NCBI GenBank assembly: GCA_022646745.1
Contig: CP060262.1
Location: 150,001 to 182,000, forward strand
Source of the DNA: Planctomycetales bacterium
GTDB lineage: Bacteria; 4484-113; JAFGCY01
Reading direction: 5' to 3'
Length of the DNA stretch: 32,000 bases
In this document: in pieces, positions 16,452 to 25,030 of the stretch
Layout of the letters: every line of letters starts with the position of its first letter
Numbering within the stretch: the first letter of the stretch is position 1
The notes under the pieces: model-generated
The model's database searches: none
Told to the model about the DNA's origin: nothing
The model's input: only the letters and a program-made list of their open reading frames with translations
Position numbers and translations under genes: made by a program

Positions 16452-19061
16452 ATGAGCAGGATCCTACTTGTTTGTTTCTTACTCTGCGGCCTGGCAGCTT
16501 GCTCCGGCGGTGGCGTGGTACGCAGCGGACCACTGCCCGCTGAGGGCCAGCCGCAGGCTCCAGTCGCAGCCGGAATCGCCGGACAGGCAATCCCGCTTGA
16601 TGTGTTGCAGGCATGGGAACAGCTTGATGAAAACGGATTCATTGAGCCGCAGGATGCACGGCTGTCCTCAGCAATCAATGGTGACAGTGAGTTCTGGCGT
16701 GGTGCTGATGCCTGGCAGACCAGTGGCGACAGCAGCCCGAGTGGACAGGCGATGCACCTTGGCAGCGGGTCAGCAGGCAGTGGGCAGCGCAGCAGTGCTA
16801 CCTACCGCATCCCGCTGGCCGGTGAGAACCCAGCAACACTGTCCACGGATGTCAACCTGCAGCTGAAGGATGACGGCAGCCCGGCTGATTTCCTGCTCGG
16901 AATAGCCAACTATTCGACGGGTCGCTGGGACTGGTTCGGACCATTCACCGACGGAAGGGTCAGGTTGCCCCTGTCGGAAGCGGCCACAGGAGATTACATT
17001 TCACCGCTTGGCAACGCATTTGTGAACATCATGGCCTACAGCGGCAGCAGCCTTGACATCGTCGGTATTGCCCTGAACCAGCTGGACCCGGTGGATACCA
17101 ACGCCCCGCCGAGCCCGACAGGCCTCAGCCTGTCCCCGGTGAATGGTGGGCTGGAACTGCAGTGGAACAGCGTGCTCGCGGGTGACCTCGCAGGCTATCG
17201 CATCTACTGGCGCAATTCCGCTATCAGCAATCTCACTGCGGCCGGTGTGCAGAAGCTCAACTACATCGAAGGGGATACACGGCACGTGCTCACGGGTCTC
17301 AAGAGCCATACCTGGGTGGCTGTGACGGCGGTGGATCTCAACGGCAACGAAAGCGGCTTCGTCCTGCAGGACGCGGTCCCGCTTGCCGGAGCGGCTCCCG
17401 TGCTGAGCGTCAAGCCCGACAGCAGCGCCGGAATCGTCGGCACGCTGATCCTGCTGACGGCGAACGGCGCGGACAGCTATGACTGGGACCTCGACGGCAA
17501 CGGCGTGTACGATGTGACCGGCGACACCTCGGGCTCGCAGATCGCGGACACCGGCAAGGCCGGGATCATCCGTCCGGCGGTGCGCGCATCAAGCGGCGGT
17601 ACGGCGGTGGCGCTCGGTGCCGTCAGCCTGATCGTCTCCCAGGACCTGCCTCCGGTTGCCATCCTGACAGCCAACCGCACCGGCGGGGCAATCATCGACG
17701 GCGAGGTGAATCCGCTGAATGTACAGTTCGACGGTGGCAACAGCTATGACGACGGCCCGACACTGGACTTCTCATTCAGCCCACTGGGCAACGGCAGCTT
17801 CTCCGCACCGAGTTCGAATGCCAACTACAACCAGGGCTATTCCAGCTCCGGCCAGTACACGGCGATGATGCGTGTGGAGGACAGCAGCGGCCAGCAGGCA
17901 TTCGCGCTGCTGCCGATCCGTGTCGAGCAGGTGACCGGCTTCCAGAACTACGTCGTCTGTCCCGGCTTCAACAACGGCATCTATGGCTGCATGGCGGTGG
18001 TGGCCGGCCGGCCGGCGGTGCTGTTTCGCAAGTTCGGTCCAGGCCCGGAAGGCGATGGGCTGTTCTACAGCCGCTCGCTGGATGACGGTGGCAGGCTGTG
18101 GGGCGAGCCGGTCATGCTGGCTGACAATGCCAACTACGGCGACTACTTCGATCTGGCGGTGATCGCGGGCAACCCGGCGATCGCCTGGTACAAGTTCAGT
18201 GAAAACAAGGTCCACTACCGCCGCGCAACGAGCAGCACCGGACAGACCCCGTCAGACTGGAGCAACCCCGGGTTCGCGATTTCCGACGTGCTCAGTGTCA
18301 CTGAAGAGGTCAGGCTGCTTGAGGTATCCGGCAATCCGGCCGTGATGTGGACCGACACCACGAACATCAAATATGTCCGTGCCACGGGCGGCAACGGCAC
18401 CGGCGACTTTGCCGGAGACTGGACGGATGCGCCCTTCAACATTGTTTCCGCCTCCAGTGTCGGAATCCTCCCGGACTTCGCCATGATCGCCGGCAACCCG
18501 GCCATCGCATACAGGAAGTTCGACACCAGTGATGCCGCATACCTGCGTGCCACAACCAGCACAGGCGCCAGCGCGCTGGACTGGCCTGCCACGCCGGTGA
18601 TCGTCAACGGCAGTGACAAATGCAGCGGACGCCTAAACCTGCTGCAGGTGAACGGTGCACCGGCGATCAGCTTCTTTGACAGCTCCGATGACAGTGATAT
18701 CCAGTACACCCGGGCAATCACCTCGACAGGAACTGACATGGCTGACTGGCCAACGGCCGTTTCCCTGAGCCATGGTTTCAACAACGGCTACGACTGGCAT
18801 GACCTGGCAATCATCTCCGGCAGGCCGGCGATCGCCTATTCTGACTACCGCAACAGCAGCGTTGCCACTACATACCGGCGAGCCAATGATGCCAACGGTT
18901 CCTCATGGGGCGATCCGATGCGGGTCGGGTCCAATACGGACATCAATGACAACATGCATGAGCGGATTGACCTGGAAGACCTGAATGGCTTCCCTGTTGT
19001 CTACAACCACAACGCAAGCTGGGACCGCGGGGTTGTCAGCGTACTGGAGACCGAACTGTAG
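16452..19061 (+). CDS. Surface lipoprotein paralog 4 (same architecture; the 3' half is close to paralog 1)
   Basis: GGAGG SD; MSRILLVCFLLCGLAAC lipobox. From about SGSQIADTGKAGIIRPAVR onward it is highly similar to paralog 1, including all seven propeller repeats. Confidence 0.85.
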   Translation: MSRILLVCFLLCGLAACSGGGVVRSGPLPAEGQPQAPVAAGIAGQAIPLDVLQAWEQLDENGFIEPQDARLSSAINGDSEFWRGADAWQTSGDSSPSGQAMHLGSGSAGSGQRSSATYRIPLAGENPATLSTDVNLQLKDDGSPADFLLGIANYSTGRWDWFGPFTDGRVRLPLSEAATGDYISPLGNAFVNIMAYSGSSLDIVGIALNQLDPVDTNAPPSPTGLSLSPVNGGLELQWNSVLAGDLAGYRIYWRNSAISNLTAAGVQKLNYIEGDTRHVLTGLKSHTWVAVTAVDLNGNESGFVLQDAVPLAGAAPVLSVKPDSSAGIVGTLILLTANGADSYDWDLDGNGVYDVTGDTSGSQIADTGKAGIIRPAVRASSGGTAVALGAVSLIVSQDLPPVAILTANRTGGAIIDGEVNPLNVQFDGGNSYDDGPTLDFSFSPLGNGSFSAPSSNANYNQGYSSSGQYTAMMRVEDSSGQQAFALLPIRVEQVTGFQNYVVCPGFNNGIYGCMAVVAGRPAVLFRKFGPGPEGDGLFYSRSLDDGGRLWGEPVMLADNANYGDYFDLAVIAGNPAIAWYKFSENKVHYRRATSSTGQTPSDWSNPGFAISDVLSVTEEVRLLEVSGNPAVMWTDTTNIKYVRATGGNGTGDFAGDWTDAPFNIVSASSVGILPDFAMIAGNPAIAYRKFDTSDAAYLRATTSTGASALDWPATPVIVNGSDKCSGRLNLLQVNGAPAISFFDSSDDSDIQYTRAITSTGTDMADWPTAVSLSHGFNNGYDWHDLAIISGRPAIAYSDYRNSSVATTYRRANDANGSSWGDPMRVGSNTDINDNMHERIDLEDLNGFPVVYNHNASWDRGVVSVLETEL

Positions 19062-19086
19062 CAGGGCATCCAAACTGTCGACAGAG

Positions 19087-19115
19087 GGCCGCCGTGGAGA
19101 TGCTGCATGGCGGCC
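19087..19115. terminator. Stem-loop between the convergent paralog 4 and GyrI-like genes (probable bidirectional terminator)
   Basis: ggccgccgtg / catggcggcc stem. Its sequence is related to the hairpins after paralogs 1 and 2. It is followed by attccatttc. Confidence 0.55.
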
Positions 19116-19123
19116 ATTCCATT

Positions 19124-19597
19124 TCAGCTGATGGCGATCCACAGGTCGAGCCGGAACCTGCCGGCGGCCTCATCATGCCAGTCCGGGCCATAGTGCTCCA
19201 TGCTCATCCAGGGCAAGGCTGAAGCCAGGCCCGCGCCCTTGAGGCGGTTGTTGTAGATGTCCTGGAAGTGAACAGGCAGCTGGCTCGGGTGATCATGGAA
19301 GTGCCAGACGGCGAAGCGGCTGGCGGGGAAGTTGACTGTGTCGAGCCCGGCGGGAGCTGCCTGGCCTGGGCGCAGCTTCATCACGGCCCAGTAGCGGAAA
19401 CCCGGTGCATTCTCCGGCAGCGGCAGGGAGATTCCGAAGATGCCGACATGCTCGGTGCCTCCATATATATAAGGGGAGAATTTCTCCCATACTGCGGCGA
19501 TTCCCGAGCCATCGAAGCCGGGGCAGTCGATCATCAGGCCCGCGCCCGTCCAGGCAGGCAGTTCCTCAATCCGGTGGCCCTGTGCTGCTGCATCCAT
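19124..19597 (-). CDS. GyrI-like small-molecule-binding protein (paralog 2)
   Basis: The start is taken at ATG 19595-19597 (MDAAAQGHRIEELPAW), preceded by AGGAG. It aligns along its length with 15801..16271 (…FRYWAVMKLRPGQAAPAGLDTVNFPASRFAVWHFHDHPSQLP…). Confidence 0.6.
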   Translation of the reverse strand: MDAAAQGHRIEELPAWTGAGLMIDCPGFDGSGIAAVWEKFSPYIYGGTEHVGIFGISLPLPENAPGFRYWAVMKLRPGQAAPAGLDTVNFPASRFAVWHFHDHPSQLPVHFQDIYNNRLKGAGLASALPWMSMEHYGPDWHDEAAGRFRLDLWIAIS

Positions 19598-19615
19598 GTC
19601 AGTACTCCTGTGTAG

Positions 19616-19668
19616 GGCAGCACTTCCTCGTGCTGCCAATCCATGGCAGGGCACACAGGCCCTGCCAT
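19616..19668 (-). other. Two tandem GC-rich stem-loops between the gcdH stop and the GyrI-like start
   Basis: ggcagcac-ttcctc-gtgctgcc (19616-19637) and atggcaggg-cacacag-ccctgccat (19643-19668). Neither has a clear U-tract. Confidence 0.4.
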
Positions 19669-19691
19669 ACCGCTGAAGCGTGTAGCTCCCC

Positions 19692-20882
19692 CTAGCCCTC
19701 ATACGCCGCGAGCCCGGTCAGGGCTTCGCCGAGGATCAGGTGGTGGATGTCATGCGTGCCCTCGTAGGTGTAGACGCTTTCGAGGTTGTTGGCATGGCGC
19801 ATCACGTGGCTCTCCAGCATGATGCCCATCCCGCCCATGATCGTGCGGGCTGTGCGTGCGATGCGCAGTGCGGTGTTCACGTTGTCACGCTTGGCGAGGC
19901 TGACCTGCACCGGCGTGGCTTCACCGGCATTGCGCAGCTGCCCGAGCCGCCAGGCCACAAGGCGGCCCTTCACGATGTCCGTTGCCATTTCGCTGAGCTT
20001 GAGCTGCTGCAGCTGGAAGCCGGCGATCGGCCTGCCGAACTGCTCGCGCTCCAGGCCGTACCTGAGCGCGGTCTCAAAGGTGAACATCGCCGAACCCATC
20101 GCCCCCCAGGCGATGCCGTAGCGCGCCTGGTTGAGGCAGGACAGCGGGCCCTTCAGGCCCTGCACATTGGGGAGCATGTTCTCCTCGGGCACGAAGACGT
20201 CCTTCAGGAACAGTTCACTCGTCACGCTGGCGCGGAGGCTGAGCTTCTTTTTGTACTCCGCGGTGCTGAATCCCGCGGTGCCCTTCTCCACGAGGAAGCC
20301 GCGGATACTCTTGGAGTCGCCGTCGCCCACCTTCGCCCAGATGACAGCGACGTCAGCCAGGCAGCCATTGGTGATCCAGGCCTTGGCACCGTTCAGGCGG
20401 TAGCCGCCCTCCACCGGGGTGGCAATCGTTTCCATCCCGCCGGGGTTGGAGCCGTGGTTCGGCTCCGTCAGGCCGAAGCAGCCGATCGCCTTGCCGCTGG
20501 CCAGTTGCGGCAGCCAGCGGTCCTTCTGGGCCTCGCTGCCGAATGCGTAGATCGGGTACATCACGAGCCCGCTCTGTACGGACACGAAGCTGCGCAGGCC
20601 GCTGTCGCCATATTCCAGCGCCTGGTTGATCAGGCCGTAGGCGGTGTAACTGGCCTCGGCACAGCCGTACTTCTCCGGCAGGGTCGGGCCGAACACGCCC
20701 AGTTCCGCCAGCTCGGGCAAGAGCTCCAGCGGGAAGGTGCCTGCCTCGTAATGCTCCTCGATCAGCGGCAGGAAGCGCTCCTTCACCCAGTCGAGCACGG
20801 AGTCATGGATCAGGCGCTCCTCGTCAGAGAAGAGCTCCATGATGCGGTAGATGTCGTGGGGGTCGGTCTTGGGCTGCGGCAT
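19692..20882 (-). CDS. gcdH: Glutaryl-CoA dehydrogenase (acyl-CoA dehydrogenase family)
   Basis: 396 aa. CFGLTEPNHGSNPGGMET and the C-terminal YTYEGTHDIHHLILGEALTG are hallmark GCDH-type blocks. The antisense ORF 19740..20900 is rejected. The exact start is uncertain because there is no clear SD at 20882. Confidence 0.88.
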   Translation of the reverse strand: MPQPKTDPHDIYRIMELFSDEERLIHDSVLDWVKERFLPLIEEHYEAGTFPLELLPELAELGVFGPTLPEKYGCAEASYTAYGLINQALEYGDSGLRSFVSVQSGLVMYPIYAFGSEAQKDRWLPQLASGKAIGCFGLTEPNHGSNPGGMETIATPVEGGYRLNGAKAWITNGCLADVAVIWAKVGDGDSKSIRGFLVEKGTAGFSTAEYKKKLSLRASVTSELFLKDVFVPEENMLPNVQGLKGPLSCLNQARYGIAWGAMGSAMFTFETALRYGLEREQFGRPIAGFQLQQLKLSEMATDIVKGRLVAWRLGQLRNAGEATPVQVSLAKRDNVNTALRIARTARTIMGGMGIMLESHVMRHANNLESVYTYEGTHDIHHLILGEALTGLAAYEG

Positions 20883-20900
20883 GCGGAGATTTTAGCCTAA

Positions 20901-21291
20901 TTCTTCTTCCGCCTCACGCAAGCGCTCGGCGGTCTGCAATGCAGCTCAAGGCAAAGCCTTTCGCTGATTGCACATTAGCTCGTATGCCGCCTCACGCAAG
21001 CGCTCGGCGGTCTGCAAATCGGAGCGAAACCAGTTCCGCTCCTCTTGCCCGATCATCGTTCCAGGTCTATTGCCAGACTGATGTCTGGCCTCCAGTACCT
21101 TCAACCCGACCCGGATGCGCGAATGCGCAGCCGCAGGGTCAGACCAGATTCTTCTTCCCGCTCATGCAAGCACTCGCGGGCCTGCATTACAGCTCGAAGC
21201 AAGCTCCTCGCTGATTGCACGGTGCATCTTCCAACCGACAGTACCTTCAGCGCGACTCGCTGGTCGCGAATGCGCCAGCGCAGCGCCAGAC
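20901..21291. repeat. Tandemly duplicated intergenic repeat region (REP/MITE-like family)
   Basis: Unit ttcttcttcc-gcctcacgcaagcgctcggcggtctgcaatgcagctcaaggcaaagc..cgctgattgcac (20901-20973) recurs at 21148-21220. Its core recurs at 20986-21017. A second block, cagtaccttca..gcgcgaatgcgc..gcag..cagac, occurs at 21092-21145 and 21236-21291. A distant copy lies at 2262-2322. Confidence 0.7.
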
Positions 21292-21314
21292 TGGCGAGCT
21301 CTTGAGCGAGCCAG

Positions 21315-21348
21315 AAAAAAAATTGGCGAGAGCCGGGAAGCCCTCGCC
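21315..21348 (-). terminator. Rho-independent terminator after pilQ
   Basis: Minus strand reads ggcgagggc-ttccc-ggctctcgcc followed by aatttttttt. Confidence 0.8.
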
Positions 21349-21375
21349 GTTGGTGGTGTGCTCTGTGTCAGAGAG

Positions 21376-23886
21376 CTAGTCGTAAATATGAGGCGTCACT
21401 ACGATGATGATCTCGGTCCGCTGACCATCCTTGCGCTTGTTGCGGAAGAGCTTGCCGAGCAGCGGCAGGTCGCCGAGCATTGGGATCTTGGTGATCGTCT
21501 CCCGCTCCGTGCTGGTGATCAGACCGGCCATCACGAAGGGCTGGCCATCCATCACGCGGACGGTGGTGGCCAGCTGGCGGCTTGAAGTGCGCGGGGCCTC
21601 CACGCCGCCGATCTGCCTGAACTCTGTGAGGCTGGAGATCACCGGGTTGACGTCGATGGTGATCAGCTCCTCCGCGTCCAGGCGGGGCTTGAAGTTCAGG
21701 GTGACACCGACCGGCAGGAAGGAGATCTCCTGGGTGATGGCGCCCTGTTCCTGGGTCACACTAGAGATGTAGGGGATGCGCTCGCCGGCGAAGTAGATCG
21801 CCTGCTTGCCATCCACGGTGTTGAGCGTCGGCTGGGCCAGGGTCTCAACGTTGCCATTCTGGATCTGCAGGTTCAGCGTGGCCTGGAACTGCAGGCCGGT
21901 GCGGTCGAAGCTGCCGATCGAGAAGTCCTGGAAGCGCTGCGGGTTCTCGTCGATCGCGCCCAGCGGGTCAATCCAGTAGTCGATGGTATCGAACTGCTCG
22001 GTCCAGATCTGGCTGACGGTACCGTCGGAACCTGGGTTGAGCTCCAGTCCGAGGTTCTTCAGCGCACTCTCGTTGGCCTCGCAGACCTTCACCTCAAGCT
22101 CGACGCGCTTGGGCTTGCGGTCAATGTCATTGATCACGGCGGCCACGTAGCGAATCTCGTCCGGCGTTCCCTTCACGACCACCGCATTGCGCGGGGTTGT
22201 GCTGATGTTGGTCTGGATCGGCTTGGCCGTCACGTCGCCGGTGTCATCATTTGAAAGCACGGTGTCGCCGCCGCCCTCCGTGATGTATTCCTGCTCACCG
22301 AGGTAGGCTTCGACCTGCTTTTCACCGACGACGCCGGTGTTCACGAGGATGTCCTTCACGTTCTTCGGGTCGGCATAGGACAGGACGAACACGCGGGTCT
22401 CAAACGCGATCAGGCCGCTGTACATCTTGTCCTTGCTGGCGATCACCACCGTATTGGCATCGACGACGTACTCCAGGTTGTAGGTACGAGTCATCAGGTC
22501 CAGTGCCTGGCGCAGGTTGGTTGTGCCATCCTTGAAGCTCAGGCTGACTGTGTTCTCACCGCCGACGCTGGCGTCGACGATCACGTTGTAGTCGGTTTGC
22601 TGGAACAGCAGCGTGAAGGCCTGGTCCAGCGGGGTATCCACGATCTGGAACAGCTCGATGGCGAGGTCCTCCAGCGCAGCCTTGCCGACCTTCTTGCCGC
22701 CCATCATGCCGCCGAGGTTGATCGCGGCCGGGTTGGCATAGGGGTCAGCATTGCGCTTGGGGGTCTTGATGCCCTCAGGCGCGGGAGCCGGGGCGGGCTG
22801 GGAATCACCCTCGCCGCCACCGTTCTTCATGTCATCAAGCAGCTTGTCAACGTCATCGCCCTTCTGCTGGGGTTCCCCCTGCAGGTTGCGCTGCACGTTG
22901 ATGCGGGCCTCATCGGCGAGGCCGTCCTGGCTGGAGGAGCTGTCGATGCCGGGCATGATGCTCTCATTGGCATCATCCACATCCTGCGGGGGCACCACGA
23001 TGCCCTTCTTCTGATCCTCATGGCGGACGAACTCGACCTGCTCTTCGCTCTTGAAGCGACCGGGGGCCACTCCGCTGCCGCGGGGCTGCGAAGCATTGTC
23101 CGTGGCGGTTTCGTCCGTTTCTTCTTCCACTGCGAAATTGCGCTCGGCGGCTTCCGTTGCGCGCAGTTCACCGCCGTCGCTGTCAATCTCGAGTTCCTGT
23201 ACCATGCTTTCCAGCTCATCCAGCTCCGCCGGTTCGCTCCCGTCCGAACCGAAGTCGCTGGACACGCCCATCACCGCGACGGGCTGCCGGTCCTCAGTGT
23301 CCGCCGAACCGGCCGTGGTGTCATCCACCGCGGTCGGATCGAGCACACCTTCATCGACATGCTCCTCGTCTTCCTGCGCCTCGTCACGCGGGATGAAGAA
23401 GCTGCCACCGCTGGTATTGCTTGACGCAAATGGTTCATGCAGGCTGTTGCCCGCAGCCGGCTGGTCCATCCCCAGCGCGGGAATGACAAGAACGGTCATG
23501 TCATCCTCGCGGCGGATGGTGATTGCGCTGGCATCCACATTGTCGCCAAGGTAGAAACGCAGCTCACCATGATGCCTGCCGGAAACCTGGGTAGCTCTCG
23601 TCACCAGGTCCGTCATGTCGGACAGTTCAAGCTCAAGCTCGTGCTCCTGGTCGTCACCGAAACCCAGTGCCAACCTGGAGGACCAGACGGTCACCCAGTT
23701 ACCCATGGTGAACCTGTCAAGCCTGAAGTCCGCGGAACCTGATGTGTTGAGTTGTATTATTGCGCTGTCGCCTTCGCGCACGGTTTCGATACCGGTTAAG
23801 GTAACGGAATCCTGCGCGTGCGATGCGCAGATAAGCAGCAGTGCCAGAAGCACGGTGCTTATCAAAGCACGACCACCAATTTTCAT
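21376..23886 (-). CDS. pilQ: Type IV pilus secretin PilQ with an N-terminal AMIN-like domain and a long acidic linker
   Basis: C-terminal secretin signature ...VRVMDGQPFVMAGLITSTERETITKIPMLGDLPLLGKLFRNKRKDGQRTEIIIVVTPHI. The ATG at 23884-23886 (MKIGGRALISTVLLALLLICASHA signal peptide) is preferred over the upstream TTG at 23898. Confidence 0.9.
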   Translation of the reverse strand: MKIGGRALISTVLLALLLICASHAQDSVTLTGIETVREGDSAIIQLNTSGSADFRLDRFTMGNWVTVWSSRLALGFGDDQEHELELELSDMTDLVTRATQVSGRHHGELRFYLGDNVDASAITIRREDDMTVLVIPALGMDQPAAGNSLHEPFASSNTSGGSFFIPRDEAQEDEEHVDEGVLDPTAVDDTTAGSADTEDRQPVAVMGVSSDFGSDGSEPAELDELESMVQELEIDSDGGELRATEAAERNFAVEEETDETATDNASQPRGSGVAPGRFKSEEQVEFVRHEDQKKGIVVPPQDVDDANESIMPGIDSSSSQDGLADEARINVQRNLQGEPQQKGDDVDKLLDDMKNGGGEGDSQPAPAPAPEGIKTPKRNADPYANPAAINLGGMMGGKKVGKAALEDLAIELFQIVDTPLDQAFTLLFQQTDYNVIVDASVGGENTVSLSFKDGTTNLRQALDLMTRTYNLEYVVDANTVVIASKDKMYSGLIAFETRVFVLSYADPKNVKDILVNTGVVGEKQVEAYLGEQEYITEGGGDTVLSNDDTGDVTAKPIQTNISTTPRNAVVVKGTPDEIRYVAAVINDIDRKPKRVELEVKVCEANESALKNLGLELNPGSDGTVSQIWTEQFDTIDYWIDPLGAIDENPQRFQDFSIGSFDRTGLQFQATLNLQIQNGNVETLAQPTLNTVDGKQAIYFAGERIPYISSVTQEQGAITQEISFLPVGVTLNFKPRLDAEELITIDVNPVISSLTEFRQIGGVEAPRTSSRQLATTVRVMDGQPFVMAGLITSTERETITKIPMLGDLPLLGKLFRNKRKDGQRTEIIIVVTPHIYD

Positions 23887-24078
23887 CTCAACCCTCAAAC
23901 AATCAGATTTGCCCAGAGTCAGGGCAGAAAATCCAACTGCGCGCGAAACGACTATAGCACCGATTTGTCCAGCATGTCAATAATAGGGAAATTCTTTCCC
24001 CATTCCATCAACATACCCTTGCGGCACCTGTTGATAACCCCCCGCCCGCCGTCAAGGCCGGGGGCCGGTTTACAAGGT

Positions 24079-25029
24079 TCAGACCGAACTGCTGAGCGGC
24101 ACTAGTACCTGCTCCGCCGTACGGATATCGCGGATCTCCACACCAAGCTCTGAGATCTTCACGACCTTCAGGTTGCCCGGCATCAGCACATCACCCTCGC
24201 GGACGAGGCGGCTGCCATCTGGCATCTGCAGCAGGGCGCTGCGATTGTCGCCCTTGATGCTCACTCCGCTGCAGGTGATGAGCGGCTGGTCAGCCTCACC
24301 GTTGCGCGGGGCCCGGATAGTATTCGGTGAGGGGCCGGCAGTGCTCTGCTCCGTGCCAAATGGCGTGGTGCCGAAGGGCAGATAGTCCTCACTATTGGCA
24401 TCTGCGGCTTCCCGTTGAGCGATTTCCTCAACCTCAGTGCCCGACTTTTCGGAGTACTCCACGCGGATGGTCGGTTCGGACTTCACGCTGGCCGTGATGT
24501 TCGTTTCAATCCGCCCATCTTCGCTGAATCCATCAAAGGTGAAGTTCTCCGGTGCCATGCGCTTTTCCATTGAATAGGCCACGAATTCCTGGTCCGTATT
24601 GAAAAGCTTATTCAGATCAGGCACTGACTCCGACATCTCATTGAGGAAGTTGTCCGGCAGTGAGCTGCCTGGAATGTTCTCGAGCTCATCACTGAACCAG
24701 CTTGACTCCGGCTGGAATGGATTGCGCTGGGCATTGATGTCATACACGCGGAACACGTTGGTATTCAGCGAACCGACGAAGCCCTGCTCCGTGAACTCCG
24801 AGTCATCCACGGTTCCACCGGTCACGAGGGCGCCCATCGGGGTCACGCGGGAAGTCGGACCGGTCGGCGCAGCGGCTGCCTGGGCATCAGCATCCGCATT
24901 CCCGGCCGCCTGGCCCTGTGGACGGGAACCACTCATGGACTTGACCATGACTGAAATGCTGATGCCGAGTCCGACGAGCAGCACCGTCAGGATGATGATC
25001 TGGTTTAACTGTTTCTTCTTGTCGTCCAT
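24079..25029 (-). CDS. pilP: PilP-like pilus assembly protein (unusually long, 316 aa)
   Basis: Sits between pilO and pilQ. It has an N-terminal TM helix and a C-terminal beta-domain pattern, ITCSGVSIKGDNRSALLQMPDGSRLVREGDVLMPGNLKVVKISELGVEI. The assignment is mainly positional. Confidence 0.6.
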   Translation of the reverse strand: MDDKKKQLNQIIILTVLLVGLGISISVMVKSMSGSRPQGQAAGNADADAQAAAAPTGPTSRVTPMGALVTGGTVDDSEFTEQGFVGSLNTNVFRVYDINAQRNPFQPESSWFSDELENIPGSSLPDNFLNEMSESVPDLNKLFNTDQEFVAYSMEKRMAPENFTFDGFSEDGRIETNITASVKSEPTIRVEYSEKSGTEVEEIAQREAADANSEDYLPFGTTPFGTEQSTAGPSPNTIRAPRNGEADQPLITCSGVSIKGDNRSALLQMPDGSRLVREGDVLMPGNLKVVKISELGVEIRDIRTAEQVLVPLSSSV

Positions 25030-25030
25030 G

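Noticed and set aside
7775-19061. Diversity-generating retroelement acting on the variable propeller regions
   Set aside because: No reverse transcriptase ORF or template repeat is present. The differences between paralogs are not adenine-specific and span whole domains. Recombination among paralogs explains the pattern better.
19740-20900. 386-aa plus-strand ORF
   Set aside because: It is antisense to glutaryl-CoA dehydrogenase, which has unmistakable family motifs. The composition is that of a shadow ORF.
20939-21585. Three overlapping small plus-strand ORFs (20939, 21045, 21115)
   Set aside because: They lie in the tandem repeat spacer and run antisense into the pilQ 3' end. They are repeat-derived and have no SD.
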